This document shows positions 45,390 through 64,000 of a DNA stretch of 64,000 nt, one piece after another; positions within the stretch are counted from its first letter, which is position 1; each line of letters opens with the position of its first letter. The notes beneath the pieces are model-generated. The model made no database searches. It was given only the letters and a program-made list of their open reading frames with translations, and was not told the DNA's origin. The DNA is from the human T2T-CHM13v2.0 reference genome, Homo sapiens. A program made the position numbers and the translations under genes. Location of the stretch: the NCBI RefSeq assembly GCF_009914755.1, contig NC_060948.1; one strand, written 5' to 3'.

Positions 45390-45575
45390 TAGCTATGTCT
45401 GTAATTCCAACACTTTCAGAGGCTGTAATTTTAGCTACTTGAGAAAGTGAGATAGAGAAACTGACACAGAAGAAAAATGAGCTTGAAAAATGGAGGCTGC
45501 ACTAAGTTTCAATTGCACTGATACACTCCAGCCAAGATAACAGAGTAAGGCCTTGTCTCAAACAGTACAAATAAA
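45390..45575 (+). mobile_element. Highly degenerate Alu remnant
   Basis: ctgtaattccaacactttcagaggctg...cactccagcc...acagagtaaggccttgtctcaaa. Confidence 0.6.
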
Positions 45576-46340
45576 ATAAAATAACACAAAAAGAACTAAA
45601 CAAATAAATAAAAACGAATACAAAAGAAGTGAAAAAAAAGAAAATGAAAAAATAAAATAATATAAAATAGTAAAAATAAATTACATAAAATTAGCAAAAA
45701 CAAGATGAAATAAAAAGAAGTTAAAAAACAAAAGCAAGAAATGATAATTATTAAAATAATTAAATTAAAATTTTAAAATAAGGCAATACAAGAAAATTAA
45801 CAATAAACAAAATAAAATAAATAAAGCAAAATAAAATAAAATGAAATAGAATAAAAATAGGAACTAAAAAACTTTACAAACTATTAAAAAACAAGAAAAA
45901 TAAATATAAAATAATAATAAATAAGAAATACAAAAATATATAAAAATAAGAAAAAGTAAAAAAATTAATGTTATGAAAAAATAAGATATATGGAGAATGT
46001 AATATAGAAATTAAGAAGAAAATTAAATTGAATCAAGGCAAAGAAAATAAAAAATTCATTAAAAGAATAAGTAATTTAATAAAAAATATAAAAATAAATA
46101 TAATTTTAAAAACAATATAGTTCCATAAGAAATACATAGAATAATAAAATATGAAAAAATTAAAATAAAGGAAAAAAGAAATTTAAAAATAAATAAAAAT
46201 AAGATAATAAAGTAACATTAAAATAAAATAAATAGAAATAAAAGTCCAAAATGTAGATATAAAATTCATAAAAAATAGAATGTAGCGAGGGAAACAAAAT
46301 AAAACAGAACTAAAAAAAAAAAAAAAAGGAACAGCAACTT

Positions 46341-46662
<322 letters not shown>

Positions 46663-49199
46663 TTAAAATGAAATAAAAATAAATAAAATTCAAAAAAATA
46701 AGCAAAATATATATAAATGAATTTTAAATAAAATTTATAAAATTGAAATAAAATTAAGGAAAATTTCAATAAAATAGAATGTGAATTTAAAATCATTATA
46801 TAATAAATTTAAAATAAAAATGTAAACAAAAAGAAAAATGAAAATAATATAAAGGAAATGAAATGAGAGAAACAATTATGGTAATATAAAGAAAAATAAA
46901 ATTTAAAAGGCAGTCAGCAGAAAAAATAAAATTAAAAAATAAGAAATTAAATAGTAAAAAATTAAAACCTAAAATAAACAAAACAGTATAAAAAACAAAC
47001 AAAATAAAACTACAGTAAAGAGAAATACATTAATACAATAAAATAGAGATAAAAAGAAAAATCATTAATATAAAATATAATACAATAAAATTAATTGAAG
47101 ATAATACATGGAAATAAAAAGAAATGGGAATTATAAGCTATAAAGACAATATAAATAAAATAAATAATGGAAAGTATTTTACCAAAAGAAACTAAAATCC
47201 TGCATAGATAAAAAGAAGATGGTAAATATAAAATTATAATATAAATGAAAATAAAGTAAAATAAAGAAAAATAGAATGAACAGCAGTGAAATACAAAAGG
47301 TGAAAGCAAATAGAAATAAAATAATAAAATATATCTAAATTTAAGAAATGGAGAAAGACTAAAGTAAAATTTAGAATAAAGATCACATAAAAAATGGAAA
47401 ATATTCATGAAATTAAAAGTAGAAAGAAATGATATGAGAGCAACAAATATAACAAATATAAAAAAACAAAAACATTAATAAAACATAAGAGAAATAAAAA
47501 GAAAAGAAAAATGAGGTTAATTTTATTATATAAAAATCAAGATAATTTTTTAAATGATACAATAACACGAAATAATGTGAAAAAATAAAATGACTGATGT
47601 TGAATACATCACTAATACAGACATGGTGATCATAAAAAAATAAAATGAAGACAAAGGAAAATCTGTAATAACAAGAAAGAAGTAGATATAATAGAAAACA
47701 CAGCATTATTATAAAATAAAAAATAAATTATAATAAAATAACTTGGAGTAAAAAAACAAAACTATGTAAACAGGACATTAAATAGAAAAGCAGTAATTGC
47801 TAATAAAATAATTTCACATTAAAAGAAATAGAACAAAATAAAATGAAGTAAAATAAAGAGAAGTGAAATGAAAAGAAGTAAATTACAGAGAAATGAATAC
47901 ACTTTTCTGCTGAGTATTAAAAATAAATAAAATAAAATGCTGAGAAATAATACAGCAAAAATGTAAAATGAGGAGGAGAAATAACATAAACCTGAAGAGA
48001 AAAAAAAACTGAAAAGAAGAAATAAAATGAAATGAAACAATTAAAAAAAGCTGTTATTTGCCTAAAGGTGCTATGGTGGAGATTCTGATTGTTGGGCCTG
48101 GCAGTGTTTGAAATTGAAAGACCTTTCTTTAAAATTTTTTTTTTCTGTTTTTGGTTTTCTTTCTGTCTTTCTTTCTTTTCTTTCAATTTTGAAGATGCAT
48201 TTCTGTATGCCCTGTTAACAAAATTTGAGACATACTCTTCTCATTCTTGCACGTTTGACTAAGCCTTTTTCATGGTCTCTGGTCTTGCTGTTTGTAAAGG
48301 TCATGGCTGACATTTGAAACCATTATACTTCTCAGTGGAGTTTCGTTTGTTTTCAGATGCAGTTCTAGCTTTTTACTGACTTGTGACTTGCAGGCTGGAA
48401 TTATGGCCTTTTAGCCTTTTATGGTTCATAGAGTACCAGAGTTCTGAGAATAAAAGTATTGGACATGAAATACAAATTCTGCCCTGAAAAAGTCACCTCA
48501 TAAAGTTATCTCAGTGAGTTGCCCTAACAGCTTTTCTAGGGAACCCTATGGTAACTGCAGTCATGTGTCCAGCATAAGGATAGGTAGAGGAATAAGTGAT
48601 TGCTATGACATGACAGATTTGTAACTTCACCGAAGCAAGGAGCAGCACTACCTCTGGCATTTACTATTTCCTCTTTGGTCTCAAGAAGAGACCTCCAGTA
48701 AACACCAGTAGAAAGAATCTGAGCCCAATTCTGAGGGTTTGATGTTGGCTTTATGTGTCTATTTTCCATTGACATTGTTTGCATAAAGGATAATGTAAAC
48801 CATCCCACTGAGTTTCGGTGGGGTGAATTTATATTGCTACTTTCTGAAATAGAAAAAAAAGATGCTCCAGGATAGTCAGTGAATATTCTGACCAGAAAAA
48901 TTCTCTTACCAAATATCAGTAATCTGTGTCATTTGTCAAGTAAAACATAAGTGACTTCTTTGTTAACTATCCTTCCTGTGGATTCAAGGTAAGTAAAAGA
49001 GAGATTGAGTGGCTACTTTAAAAAGGAAGAGCACTGGGATGTGCTTGCATTAGTGTATTCTGACTTCCATTATAAATCATCATTCTATTGGAAGACTTAC
49101 CCAACGGAATTCTTTTTATAATGCTGGAGAAAAGGGAAGAAGAATTATAATGTTGACTGGTTTTGTTTCTTTGTGAGATGTCTCTCAAATTTGAGGTGG

Positions 49200-49415
49200 C
49201 AGCATACTTGCTGTGTCTTTAAATGGCTATTCCTCTTCTTTTGTTGTTTGAATCTTCTTCTTCTATTCTCAAAGATTGCAGTAGTGTTGGGTTAGGTCTC
49301 ATCCATATGACATCATTTTGCTTTAATTCCCTGAGATCTATCAGTAAACAAAGTAACATTCAGTGATTCCAGGTTGACAAAAAAAAAATTGGTAGAAAAC
49401 ACAATTTAGCTCATA
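49200..49415 (-). mobile_element. Possible MLT1 LTR fragment
   Basis: gggttaggtctcatccatatgacatcatttt...aaacaaagtaacattc resembles the MLT1 copy at 34.3-34.8 kb. Confidence 0.45.
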
Positions 49416-49724
49416 CCATGTTTCTGTTTTCCTGCATACTTAGTAGTTCTATATCATTGTCTCTATTTTAGCAGACATCACTACATCAAAAGCTTCTGCT
49501 TAACCAAAAATGCAGGTGTTAATGAAAGTGATCTGATTCTTGTCAAATGTATTTATAATAATATCTCCTGCTAATTCAGGAAACTCTCCACAAGAATACT
49601 GAATTAAAAACAGTTTTAATATTAAATAAGAAACAAATCATAACAGGACTCACATCACTGGTAATGCATTATTGAAATGAAAAAGTACATTTATGATGTC
49701 AATAGACAGTAATAAGAAAGTACC

Positions 49725-49858
49725 GGCCACGCGCGGTTGTTCACGCCTGTATTCCCAGCACTTTGGGAGAATGAGGTGGGTGGATCACAAGGTCAGGAGA
49801 TCAAGACCATCCTGGCTAATGCAGTGAAACCCATCTCTACCAAAAATATATATACATA

Positions 49859-49906
<48 letters not shown>

Positions 49907-50100
49907 CACATATATGTATATATGTAAAAATTAATATCTGAGTGTGGTGGGACACGCCTGTAGTTCCAGTTACTCAAGAGGCTGAGGCAGGAGAATCACT
50001 TGAATCCAGGAGGTGGAGTTTGCGGTGAGCCGTGATCATGCCAATGCACTCCAGCCTGGGTGACAGAGTGAGTATCCATCTCAAAAAGAAAGAGAAAAAG
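49725..50100 (+). mobile_element. AluSc/Y-like element with a (TA)n microsatellite in its central linker (~49846-49925)
   Basis: Left arm, TA run, right arm, A/G-rich tail. Confidence 0.9.
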
Positions 50101-50213
50101 AGAAGGGAAGGGAAGAAAACAAATATTTTTAAGGTAAAAACCACTGGTTTTCAAATAAGTAGTCCTCACAAGGAAGTTTCTCACATGGAGTTTAGTTTCT
50201 ATTATCCTGGTAT

Positions 50214-50420
50214 TGAGAGGTGACAACGTGCTGGCTGCCCTTGCTCACTCTCAGCACCTCCTTGGCCTCAGTGTCTGCTCTGGCCATGCTTGAGGAGCAC
50301 TTCAGCCAACCGCTGCACTGTGGGAGCCCCTCTCTGGGCTGGTTGAGGCTGGAGCCAGCTCCCTCAGCTTGCAGGGAGATGTGGAGGGAGAGGCATGGGT
50401 GGGAATCAGGGCTGTGCGCA
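50214..50420 (+). mobile_element. LTR12 (ERV9) 5' terminal fragment, truncated
   Basis: Begins tgagaggtgacaacgtgctggc...cttgaggagcacttcagccaaccgctgcactgtgggagcccc...ctccctcagcttgcagggag, the LTR12 5' end. Confidence 0.85.
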
Positions 50421-51620
<1,200 letters not shown>

Positions 51621-51859
51621 CCTTTTTTTTATTTTTTTATTTTATTATTATTATACTTTAAGTTTTAGAGTACATGTGCACAATGTGCAGGTTAGTTACA
51701 TATGTATACATGTGCCATGCTGGTGTGCTGCACCAATTAACTCGTCGTTTAGCATTAGGTATATCGCCTAAAGCTATCCCTCCCCCCTCTTCCCACCCCA
51801 CAACAGTTCCCACAGTGTGATGTTCCCCTTCCTGTGTCCATGTGTTCTCATTGTTCAAT

Positions 51860-55814
<3,955 letters not shown>

Positions 55815-55877
55815 TATGATGTTAGCTGGTTATTTTGCTCATTAGTTGATGCAGTTTCTTCCTAGCCTTGATGGTTT

Positions 55878-56889
55878 TTACAATTTGGCATGATTTTGCA
55901 GTGGCTGGTACTGGTTGTTCCTTTCCATATTTAGTGCTTCCTTCAGGAGCTCTTTTAGGGCAGGCCTGGTGGTGACAAAATCTCTCAGCATTTGCTTGTC
56001 TGTAATGGATTTTATTTCTCCTTCACTTATGGAGCTTAGTTTGGCTGGATATGAAATTCTGGTTTGAAATTCTTTTAAGAATGTTGAATATCGGTGCCCC
56101 CTCTCTTCTGGCTTGTAGAGTTTCTGCCAAGCAATCAGCTGTTAGTCTGATTGGCTTCCCTTTGTGGGTAACCTGACCTTTCTCTCTGGCTGCCCTTAAC
56201 ATTTTTTCCTTCATTTCAACTTTGGTGAATCTGACAATTATGTGTCTTGGAGTTTCTCTTCTCGAGGAGTATCTTTGTGGCGTTCTCTGTATTTCCTGAA
56301 TCTGAATGTTGGCCTGCTTTGCTAGATTGGAGAAGTTCTCCTGGATAATATCCTGCAGAGTGTTTTCCAAGTTGGTTCCATTTTCCCCGTCACTTTCAGG
56401 TTCACCAATCAGATGTAGATTTGGTCTTTTCACATAGTCCCATATTTCTTGGAGGCTTTGTTCATTTCTTTTTATTCTTTTTTCTCTAAACTTCCCTTCT
56501 CACTTTATTTCATTGATTTCATCCTCCATCACTGATACCCTTTCTTCCAGTTGATCTCATTGGCTCCTGAGGCTTCTGCATTCTTCAAGAAGTTCTTGAG
56601 CCTTGGCTTTAAGCTCCATCAGCTCCTTTAAGCACTTCTCTGTATTGGTTATTCTAGTTATACATTCTTCTAAATTTTTTTCAAAGTTTTCAACTTCTTT
56701 GCCTTTGGTTTGAATTTCCTCCTGTAGCTCAGAGTAGTTTGATCGTCTGAAGCCTTCTTCTCTCAGCTCGTCAAAGTCATTCTCCATCCATCTTTGTTCC
56801 GTTGCTGGTGAGGAGCTGCATTCCTTTGGAGGAGGAGAGGAGCTCTGCTTTTTAGAGTTTCCAGTTTTTCTGCTCTGTTTTTTCCCTAT
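55878..56889 (-). pseudogene. L1 ORF1, disrupted (start ATG to ATA, stops and frameshift)
   Basis: Fragments MENDFDELREEGFRRSNYSELQEE... and KRPNLHLIGEPESDGENG... Confidence 0.88.
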
Positions 56890-57471
56890 CTTTGTGGTTT
56901 TATCTACTTTCGATCTTTGATGATGGTGATGTACAGATGGGTTTTTGGTGTGGGTGTCCTTTCTGTTTGTTAGTTTTCCTTCTAACAGACAGGACCCTCA
57001 GCTGCAGGTCAGTTGGAGTTTGCTAGAGGTCCACTCCAGACCCTGTTTGCCTGGGTATCAGCAGCGGTGGCTGCAGAACAGCAGATTTTCGTGAACTGGG
57101 AATGCTGCTGTCTGATCTTCCTCTGTAAGTTTTGTCTCAGAGGAGTACCTGGCCCTGTGATGTGTCAGTCTGCCCCTACTAGGGGGTGCCTCCCAATTAG
57201 GCTGCTCGGAGGTCAGGGGTCAGGGACCCACTTGAGGAGGCAGTCTGCCTGTTCTCAGATCTCCAGCTGCGTGCTGGGAGAACCACTGCTCTCTTCAAAG
57301 CTGTCAGACAGGGATATTTAAGTCTGCACAGGTTACTACTGTCTTTTTGTTTGTCTGTGCCCTGCCCCCAGAGGTGGAGCCTACAGAGGCAGGCAGGCCT
57401 CCTTGAGCTGTGGTGGGCTCCACCAAATTCCAGCTTCCCGGTTGCTTTGATTACCTAAGGGAGCCTCGGCA

Positions 57472-57546
57472 ATGGCAGGCACCCCTCCCCCAGCCTGGCT
57501 GCCGCCTTGCAGTTTGATCTCAGACTGCTGTGCTAGCAATCAGTGA
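57472..57546 (+). pseudogene. L1 ORF0 with premature stop
   Basis: atggcaggcacccctccccc... = MAGTPPPAWLPPCSLISDCCASNQ then TGA. Confidence 0.75.
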
Positions 57547-57929
57547 GACTCTGTGGGCATAGGACCCTCCGAGACAGGTGTGGGATATAATCTCTTGGTG
57601 TGCCGTTTTTTACACCCATTGGAAAAGCACTATATTAAGGTGGTAGTGTCCTGATTTTCCAGTTGCCATCTGTCACACCTTTCTTTGACTAGGAAAGGGA
57701 ACTCCCTGATCCCTTGCACTTCTCAAGAGAGGCAATGCCTCACCCTGCTTCGGCTGGTGCACGGTGCACTGCACCCACTGTCCTGCACCCACTGTCTGGC
57801 ACTCCCTAGTAAGATGAACCCTGTACCTCAGATGGAAATGCAGAAATCACCCATCTTCTGCATCACTCACGCTGGGAGCTGTAGGCCAGAGCTGTTCCTA
57901 TTCAGCCATCTACTAATCCTGTTTTTACA

Positions 57930-58370
57930 TATCGATATTTTCTTTATTGTTTCTTACTTTTGGGTTTTTGTTTTCTGTTTTTGTCTGACAGTACTTATTT
58001 AAAGAACCAGTATCTGAGCTCTGAAAACATTCCTCAGGGTGGCTTATTTTGCTGTTATTAGTAACACTTCTGCTTATAGTATAAAATACTTTTAGTAAGT
58101 TTTTGATGTCAAGAAGCTTACTGTACATCTTCTTAATATGGTATCTTCATTTTTCTCCCTATTTCTCATTTTACTTCCATTTGTATGTCTTTCACTGAAT
58201 TTCATTGTTCTCCTCAAACTCAGTGAGGCTCACTGCTATTCAGATTGTGATTTCTGTATCTGACATTTCACAGAATTCAGATTGAATAAGAACCATAGGT
58301 GGGGAGCTAGTGTGCTCATTTAAAAATAAGAAGCCACTTTGGCTTCTTAAAAATCCTGAGTTTTGTGTTG
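57930..58370 (-). mobile_element. Old L1 ORF1 5'-region fragment
   Basis: gtctgacagtacttatttaaagaaccagtatctgagctctgaaa...tctgtatctgacatttca...ggggagctagtgtg. Confidence 0.55.
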
Positions 58371-58379
58371 GCTATTTTT

Positions 58380-59100
58380 AGCAAATTCAAATCAAAACCA
58401 CAAAGTGATACCACTTCATACTAGTAAGAATGAATATTATTTTAAAAATAGAATCTAAGGAGTCCTCGGTGGGGCAGTCAGCAAGGGGAAAATGTTTGAC
58501 CCTATATATATAATGTAAATTTATTCAGCCCCTGTAAAAAATAGTCTGGAGATATGTGGAAGTTGTTTAAACAGAGCTATCATGTAATCTAGCAATCTCA
58601 TTGTTTGGTGTATGTCAAAAAATAAATGGTGGTACCAAAAAGATGCATGAATTTCTTTCTTTCTCCCTGTGGTATTTGCAATAGCAAATGCTTGCAGTCA
58701 ACCCAGTTGTCCCTCAAATATATATTGGTAAAAAATTAAAATGAAAATAGTCATGCAAGATCATAAAATACTAAACAGCTACCAAAACTAAAATCATGTC
58801 TTCTGTAGCACAGGGATGAAGATGATGAATGTAACACTAATTAAATTAATTCAGGAAAATTAAATACTGTCAATTCTCACACAGAGATGAAAGCTAAGCA
58901 GTGAGTACACATGAGTGTAAATAAAAGAACCATAGCCTGTGGACTACGTGAGGGTGGAGGGACAACAGATGGATTACAGAGCTATGTATTAAGTAATATG
59001 CTTACCACCTGAATGATAAAATTTGCACTGCAAACTTCAGCATCAGAAGATATCACCAAGTAATAAATCTGCGTATGCATACATTCTGTTGTAAAATATT
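58380..59100 (+). mobile_element. Old L1PA/L1PB 3' end, degenerate
   Basis: aaatcaaaaccacaaagtgataccacttcatactagtaagaatg...aaacttcagcatc. Confidence 0.7.
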
Positions 59101-59153
59101 TGACAGCTTAGTATCTGTTAAATAAGCCATTTTCTACTTATAGAAAGAAGGTA

Positions 59154-59444
59154 GGCCATAAGTGGTGGCTCATGGCTGTAATCCTAGCACTTTGGAAGGC
59201 TGAGACAGATAGATCACTTGAGGTCAGAAGTTTGAGAGCAGCCTGACCAACATAAAAATACAAAAAAAAAACCCCAAAACAGCAACAACAACAAAAACAA
59301 TTAGCCAGGCATGGTGGCACGCACCGGTGGTCCCAGCTACTTTGGAGAATCGCTTGAACCAGGGAGGTGAAGGTTGTAGTGAACAAAGATTGGACCACTG
59401 TACTCTAGCATGGGTGATGGAGCAAGACACTGTCTCAAAACAAA
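59154..59444 (+). mobile_element. Alu with internal deletions
   Basis: ggccataagtggtggctcatggctgtaatcctagcactttgg...gagcaagacactgtctcaaaa. Confidence 0.85.
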
Positions 59445-60203
59445 TATATATATAAACACATATCATGTATTACATACATAATACCATATAATACAATATA
59501 TTATAAGCTATTTGAATCCCTTAAATTTTTTATTTCATATTCTTCCCAGAATTTGAACAATATAGTTTCCAGGAAATTCATGCCCTTTAACCTATCTTTT
59601 TTTTAGATTACTCTCACAATTGGCATATCTGCACAAAGGATAGTGTCTTTAATAAGATGTTTTTACTTCCTGTTTCACTGTTTTTTGTTGTTATTCTTTT
59701 AATTGACTAAATTCATAAAATCTGCATCAGTGACGCCTAATTCTTCTACATGATCAGTTATGCTATGGCAATTTTGTATTGACATTTTCAATTCTGTGAG
59801 TATATTACACAGCTGTAGGTGTTCTGCTTTGTAATTTTTTTTACAGTAAACTTTTTTTACTGTATACTTTTTTACAGTAAACTTTGAATTGTGCTCATGC
59901 ATTTTTTCTTCAACTTTTTCAGTTTCCTTTCTTGATGTTACTTGCATGCATATACTATTTTCACAACAATTATTGTTATTTATATTTCAGGCAATTCATA
60001 GATCTCTATTTTTTATATTTGTTTGAAGACTTGTTAAATTCTCTGGCTCATGTCAAAATGGTTGTGATTAGCAAATCTTGAGTTGTTTGTGTATTTGGAG
60101 AAGCAAAACCACACTTTAAGTTAGGATTAAAATGTTCTTCTGCTAAGCCTCTGTAATATTTTCTGGGGAATCAAAAGTGAGTATGCTTGACCAAGGTCTA
60201 GTA

Positions 60204-60934
60204 ACTACTATACTACTGCTATTTTTATTTAATTAATTAATCCTCATATTCTAGCTAAGAGACACACCCATCAGAATATCCGAACACTGTTGCCAAACTC
60301 TTATCATTACCATATCCTCAAATGTCTTCACATATTATATGGTGCTATATATTTAATACATTATATGTGTGTATATAATGTACATAATACATAATACAAA
60401 ATAATATTGTATTACATATATTATGTATATAATACATACTGTATTATATAATACAATATGTGTACCAATATTATATGGTATATATACATTATATACCATA
60501 TATTATATATGTATTATATATGTGTATACAATATATGACTTATATAATACATATAATATTGAATTATGTTATATTATATACATATCTATGTATATGTGGA
60601 TATAAAATGTGTATATTGTATGTAATATAATACCTGCATATTATAAACATGTATATAATACATATTATGCATGTCAATTTATATTACATATTACATATTA
60701 TAAGTTATGATATAAATTTTATCTTATAATAAATTTATAATAAATAAATGTGTATATCATACATTATATACACATATATAATGTATTAAATATATAGCAC
60801 CAAATATGTGGAGACATTTGAGGATATGGTAATTATAAGAGTTTGGCAACAGTGTTCTGATATTCTGATGGTGTGTCTCTTAGCTAGAATCTGAGGATTA
60901 ATTAATTAAATAAAAATGGCAGTAGTATAGTAGT
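60204..60934. repeat. Inverted repeat: ~175-180-bp arms (60204-60382 / 60760-60934) around a ~377-bp AT-rich spacer
   Basis: ttaattaattaatcctcatattctagctaagagacacacccatcagaatatc...gttgccaaactctta...cctcaaatgtc is the reverse complement of gacatttgagg...taagagtttggcaac...gatattctgatggtgtgtctcttagctagaatctgaggattaattaattaa. Confidence 0.93.
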
Positions 60935-61799
60935 ATAAATATAAATTTATATTTATATTTAAATAATATTTAAATATGATTATTTAAATATAAATATATA
61001 TTATATATATGGCACCTCTACTAGTGCCTTAAATTTTTACTGTAACATCCAGAAAGGTACAGTATCTATGCAGATTTTCTGTGTCTTATATCTCTTCCCT
61101 AAGAGTTAGAGGACTCATTACGGGATATTAGTGTGTTAAAAGATACCTTATTGGATGTTTTGAGTCACTCGTGTTAAGTCAGAAATAGTTCCATTAAGTA
61201 ATTTTACTTAGAGTCAAATTAAGGTCTCTGCCACTTGGCATATTTTACATTTTTTTTTCAGGGACTGGACACTGCTCAGTGAAAATTGTGTAGTGATGTG
61301 ATGTTAGGAAACTACAGATACCTGTGGCGTAACTTGATGATGAAACTTTCTTTCAGAATTCCTAGTAAACCTGTGGATTTTGCTTCTGCTCTTAGTAGGT
61401 CTTTTGGGAGCTTCAGCTTTACATGAATAAATTTTAGTTTTTATTTTCAAAATAAGTAGGAGATGGCTAGTGTAAAAAAAAATCAAGATGTTTCATCTTG
61501 ATAGAAATCTCTTTTACTGGGCTGATTTGTATATCTTTCACTCTAGATTAATAGGAACTCTAAAAATTATGCTGTACAAAATATTGGTACTCACTTCCTA
61601 AAGTTCATTTTTTATGAATTCTTTTTGATTTAGTAGTATAGGTAGTGGTAAAAGAATCCACAAATTAAAAATACTTTTTAAATAAAGAAACTGTCAGAAA
61701 ACAAGATTTTGGAATAGAGTTTTCTATAATTACTGTGTTTTACACTAAGCACAGTACAAAATTGGTAACTAGAAAATTTTCATGAAGTGTCTTCTGAAT

Positions 61800-63720
61800 T
61801 TATTCTAATAACACTCTGTTTCTAATGAGTTCACCATGTTAGATTTGACATCAAACCGAGAACACCTAGTATTTGTCTTGTGTCTGGCTTATTTAACTGA
61901 GCACGTTGTTTTCTAAGTCCATTGATGTTGTTGTAAATGGCTAGATATTCATCTTTTTATGGCTACATAATATTCTACTGTGCATATATAACATTTTATT
62001 TGTCATTCTTCTGTCAACAGATATTCAGGGTTTTTTTGTCTCCCTTGGCTGTTATAAATAATGCTGCAAAGAACACGAGGATGCAGATATTTTTAATCAC
62101 GGTCCTTATTTTCTTTTTGGTTATGTGTCCAGAATCTGGATTGCTGGATTATATGATAGATTTATTTATACTTTACTTTTGAAAGAAGATCCATATTGGT
62201 TTTTGTGGTGACTCTACAAAGTTACATTTAACAAAGAGTGCACAGGTTTTCTTTTCTCCACACCCTCACCAATGCTTATTAAGTCTCTTCTTTTTGTTAC
62301 TAAGCATCCTAACATATATGTGGTTGGTACCTCATCTTGCATTTGATTTACATTTGCCTGATGATTTGTAATTTTTATCAGTTTTGTATGTACTGCTTTG
62401 TTATTTGTGTGACTTCTTTGGATAAAACATCTATTCAGCCTGCTGTCTGTTTTCCAACTGAGTTATTATTGTCGTTAGTATTTTTTGCTTTGAATTGCAT
62501 GCTTTATAAGTATGCATGTATAATTTATATATATGATATTAACATACAAAATATATGGTTTGCAAATGTTTCTTTTCTGCAGGTTTTTAAAAATATTTTG
62601 TTTTTTTCTTTGGTGTGAAGACACTTTTTCATTTGATGCAGTCCCACTTGTTTATATTTGCTTGTGTTGCTGTGCTTTTGTTGTCATACCTAAAAAAAAT
62701 TTGCAAAGACCAACACCAAGAAAGTTTTGTCATGTATTTTGTTCTGATGAATTTTGAAATTTTATGTGTTACATCTGTCTTTATTTCATTTTAAGTTAAT
62801 TTGTAGTATACCATAAGAAAATGGTCAAATTCATTTATTCTGTTTATGAATAGTTAGTTTTCCAAGGGTGTTAATTTCCACATTGTGTAGTTTTGGTGCC
62901 TTTATCAAAAATTAGTTGACTTTGTATGTATAGGTTTTATTCTGGGATGTTTATACAGTTCCACTAGTTTTGTGTGGGTTGTCTGGTCATATCGTATGAT
63001 TTTCCTTAACAAAGCCTTTAAGTCACGTTTGAGATCAGGAACCATAGTGACCCCAGCTTGATTCCTTCTTAAGTCTGCTTAGACTATCTGGAGATGTTTG
63101 TGCTTCCATTCAAATCTATGAAATTGAAATACTTTTACTGGACTTTTGATTGGGATAACATTTAATCTGTAGATTTCTGTGGGCAATGTGGTGTTTATAC
63201 TACTAAATACCTTAATTTATAAACATTGAATGTACTATTATTTATTTACATCTACTTCAAATTCTATATGTATCTGAATGCACAGATGTTTAATATTCTT
63301 CATTATATTTATTCCAAGGTTTTTTTATTTTTACAATATTGTAAACTGAATTTGTTTTTTCTTTCCCTTTTTAGACAGTTTATTGTTAGCATGCAGAAAC
63401 ACAACTATTTGTGTATTTATTTTGATTTTTACTATTTTACTGAATGTACTTATTAGTTCTAACAGTCTTTTTTTGGTGTATTCTTGGATCTTAAATATAA
63501 GATTGTGCCATCTACAAATAGTGACATTTGAATGTGTAATTTAATTACTAATTTGGATGGCTCTTTAATTTTTTTTCCTAATTGTTCTGATACAGACTTT
63601 GAGTAACATGTTGAGATGAAAACATTGCTAGTACGCACAATGTAGTCTTGATCTGGTGTCTGTGCATTTAAAAATGGTAACACCTCTTCCAGTATTTACA
63701 AATTTGTAAAGTGGAGATCT
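61800..63720 (-). mobile_element. L1M (L1MA/MB-like) 3'UTR and ORF2 3' region
   Basis: gtatttgtcttgtgtctggcttattt, ggattgctggattatatgatag, tttgatgcagtcccacttgtt; minus ORF QMSLFVDGTILYL resembles SLFADDMILYL. Confidence 0.75.
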
Positions 63721-64000
63721 CTCATTGAGTGATAAGGCTGATGTGATTGCCTCTTGGATTGCAGAGAAATGGAGTTGCCTGTTCGTCACAAGTCTGCTGC
63801 TTGGTCGGCCTCTTGTGGTCCTGATACTAGGGGATTATGTAGTCATGGATTCTGTATGACCCTGAGATTGCAGATCCTTGAGTGCTTTTATCTATACGGC
63901 AGGCACTAGAATAGCATCATGCATTTGGGTCCATATACAGTGAATCTAATATCATCTGTGTAAATAGATTTCGTTCCCACTGAGTCCCTGAGATGGTTTT

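Noticed and set aside
59836-59886. Short ~17-bp tandem repeat (ttttttacagtaaact), and similar micro-duplications at ~24250 and ~26370
   Set aside because: Ordinary slippage products in decayed repeats.

Overview
Primate (most likely human or great-ape) genomic DNA with no intact host gene. Bases 1-22263 are the edge of a 125-bp tandem satellite (~178 monomers in the window). Its unit resembles the reverse strand of the 3' part of an LTR12 (ERV9) LTR, which fits the description of the Y-chromosome DYZ19 array (recognised from memory, not by search). The rest is a dense retrotransposon graveyard: nested old and young L1s, Alus, MLT1 and LTR12 fragments, a decayed KRAB-type C2H2 zinc-finger pseudogene exon and long A-rich tracts. 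Two full-length L1s of different subfamilies (L1PA2-like on +, L1PA3-like on -) form a ~6-kb-arm inverted pair and share private inactivating mutations, pointing to ectopic gene conversion. Other notable features are a variable-length higher-order organisation of the satellite, an in-frame exon/intron-like pattern in each monomer, and a PATRR-like inverted repeat near 60.2-60.9 kb. I see no prokaryote-type system (CRISPR, retron, DGR). The many short ORFs in the array are by-products of the repeat. Subfamily calls and consensus comparisons are from memory and need RepeatMasker/Dfam confirmation.
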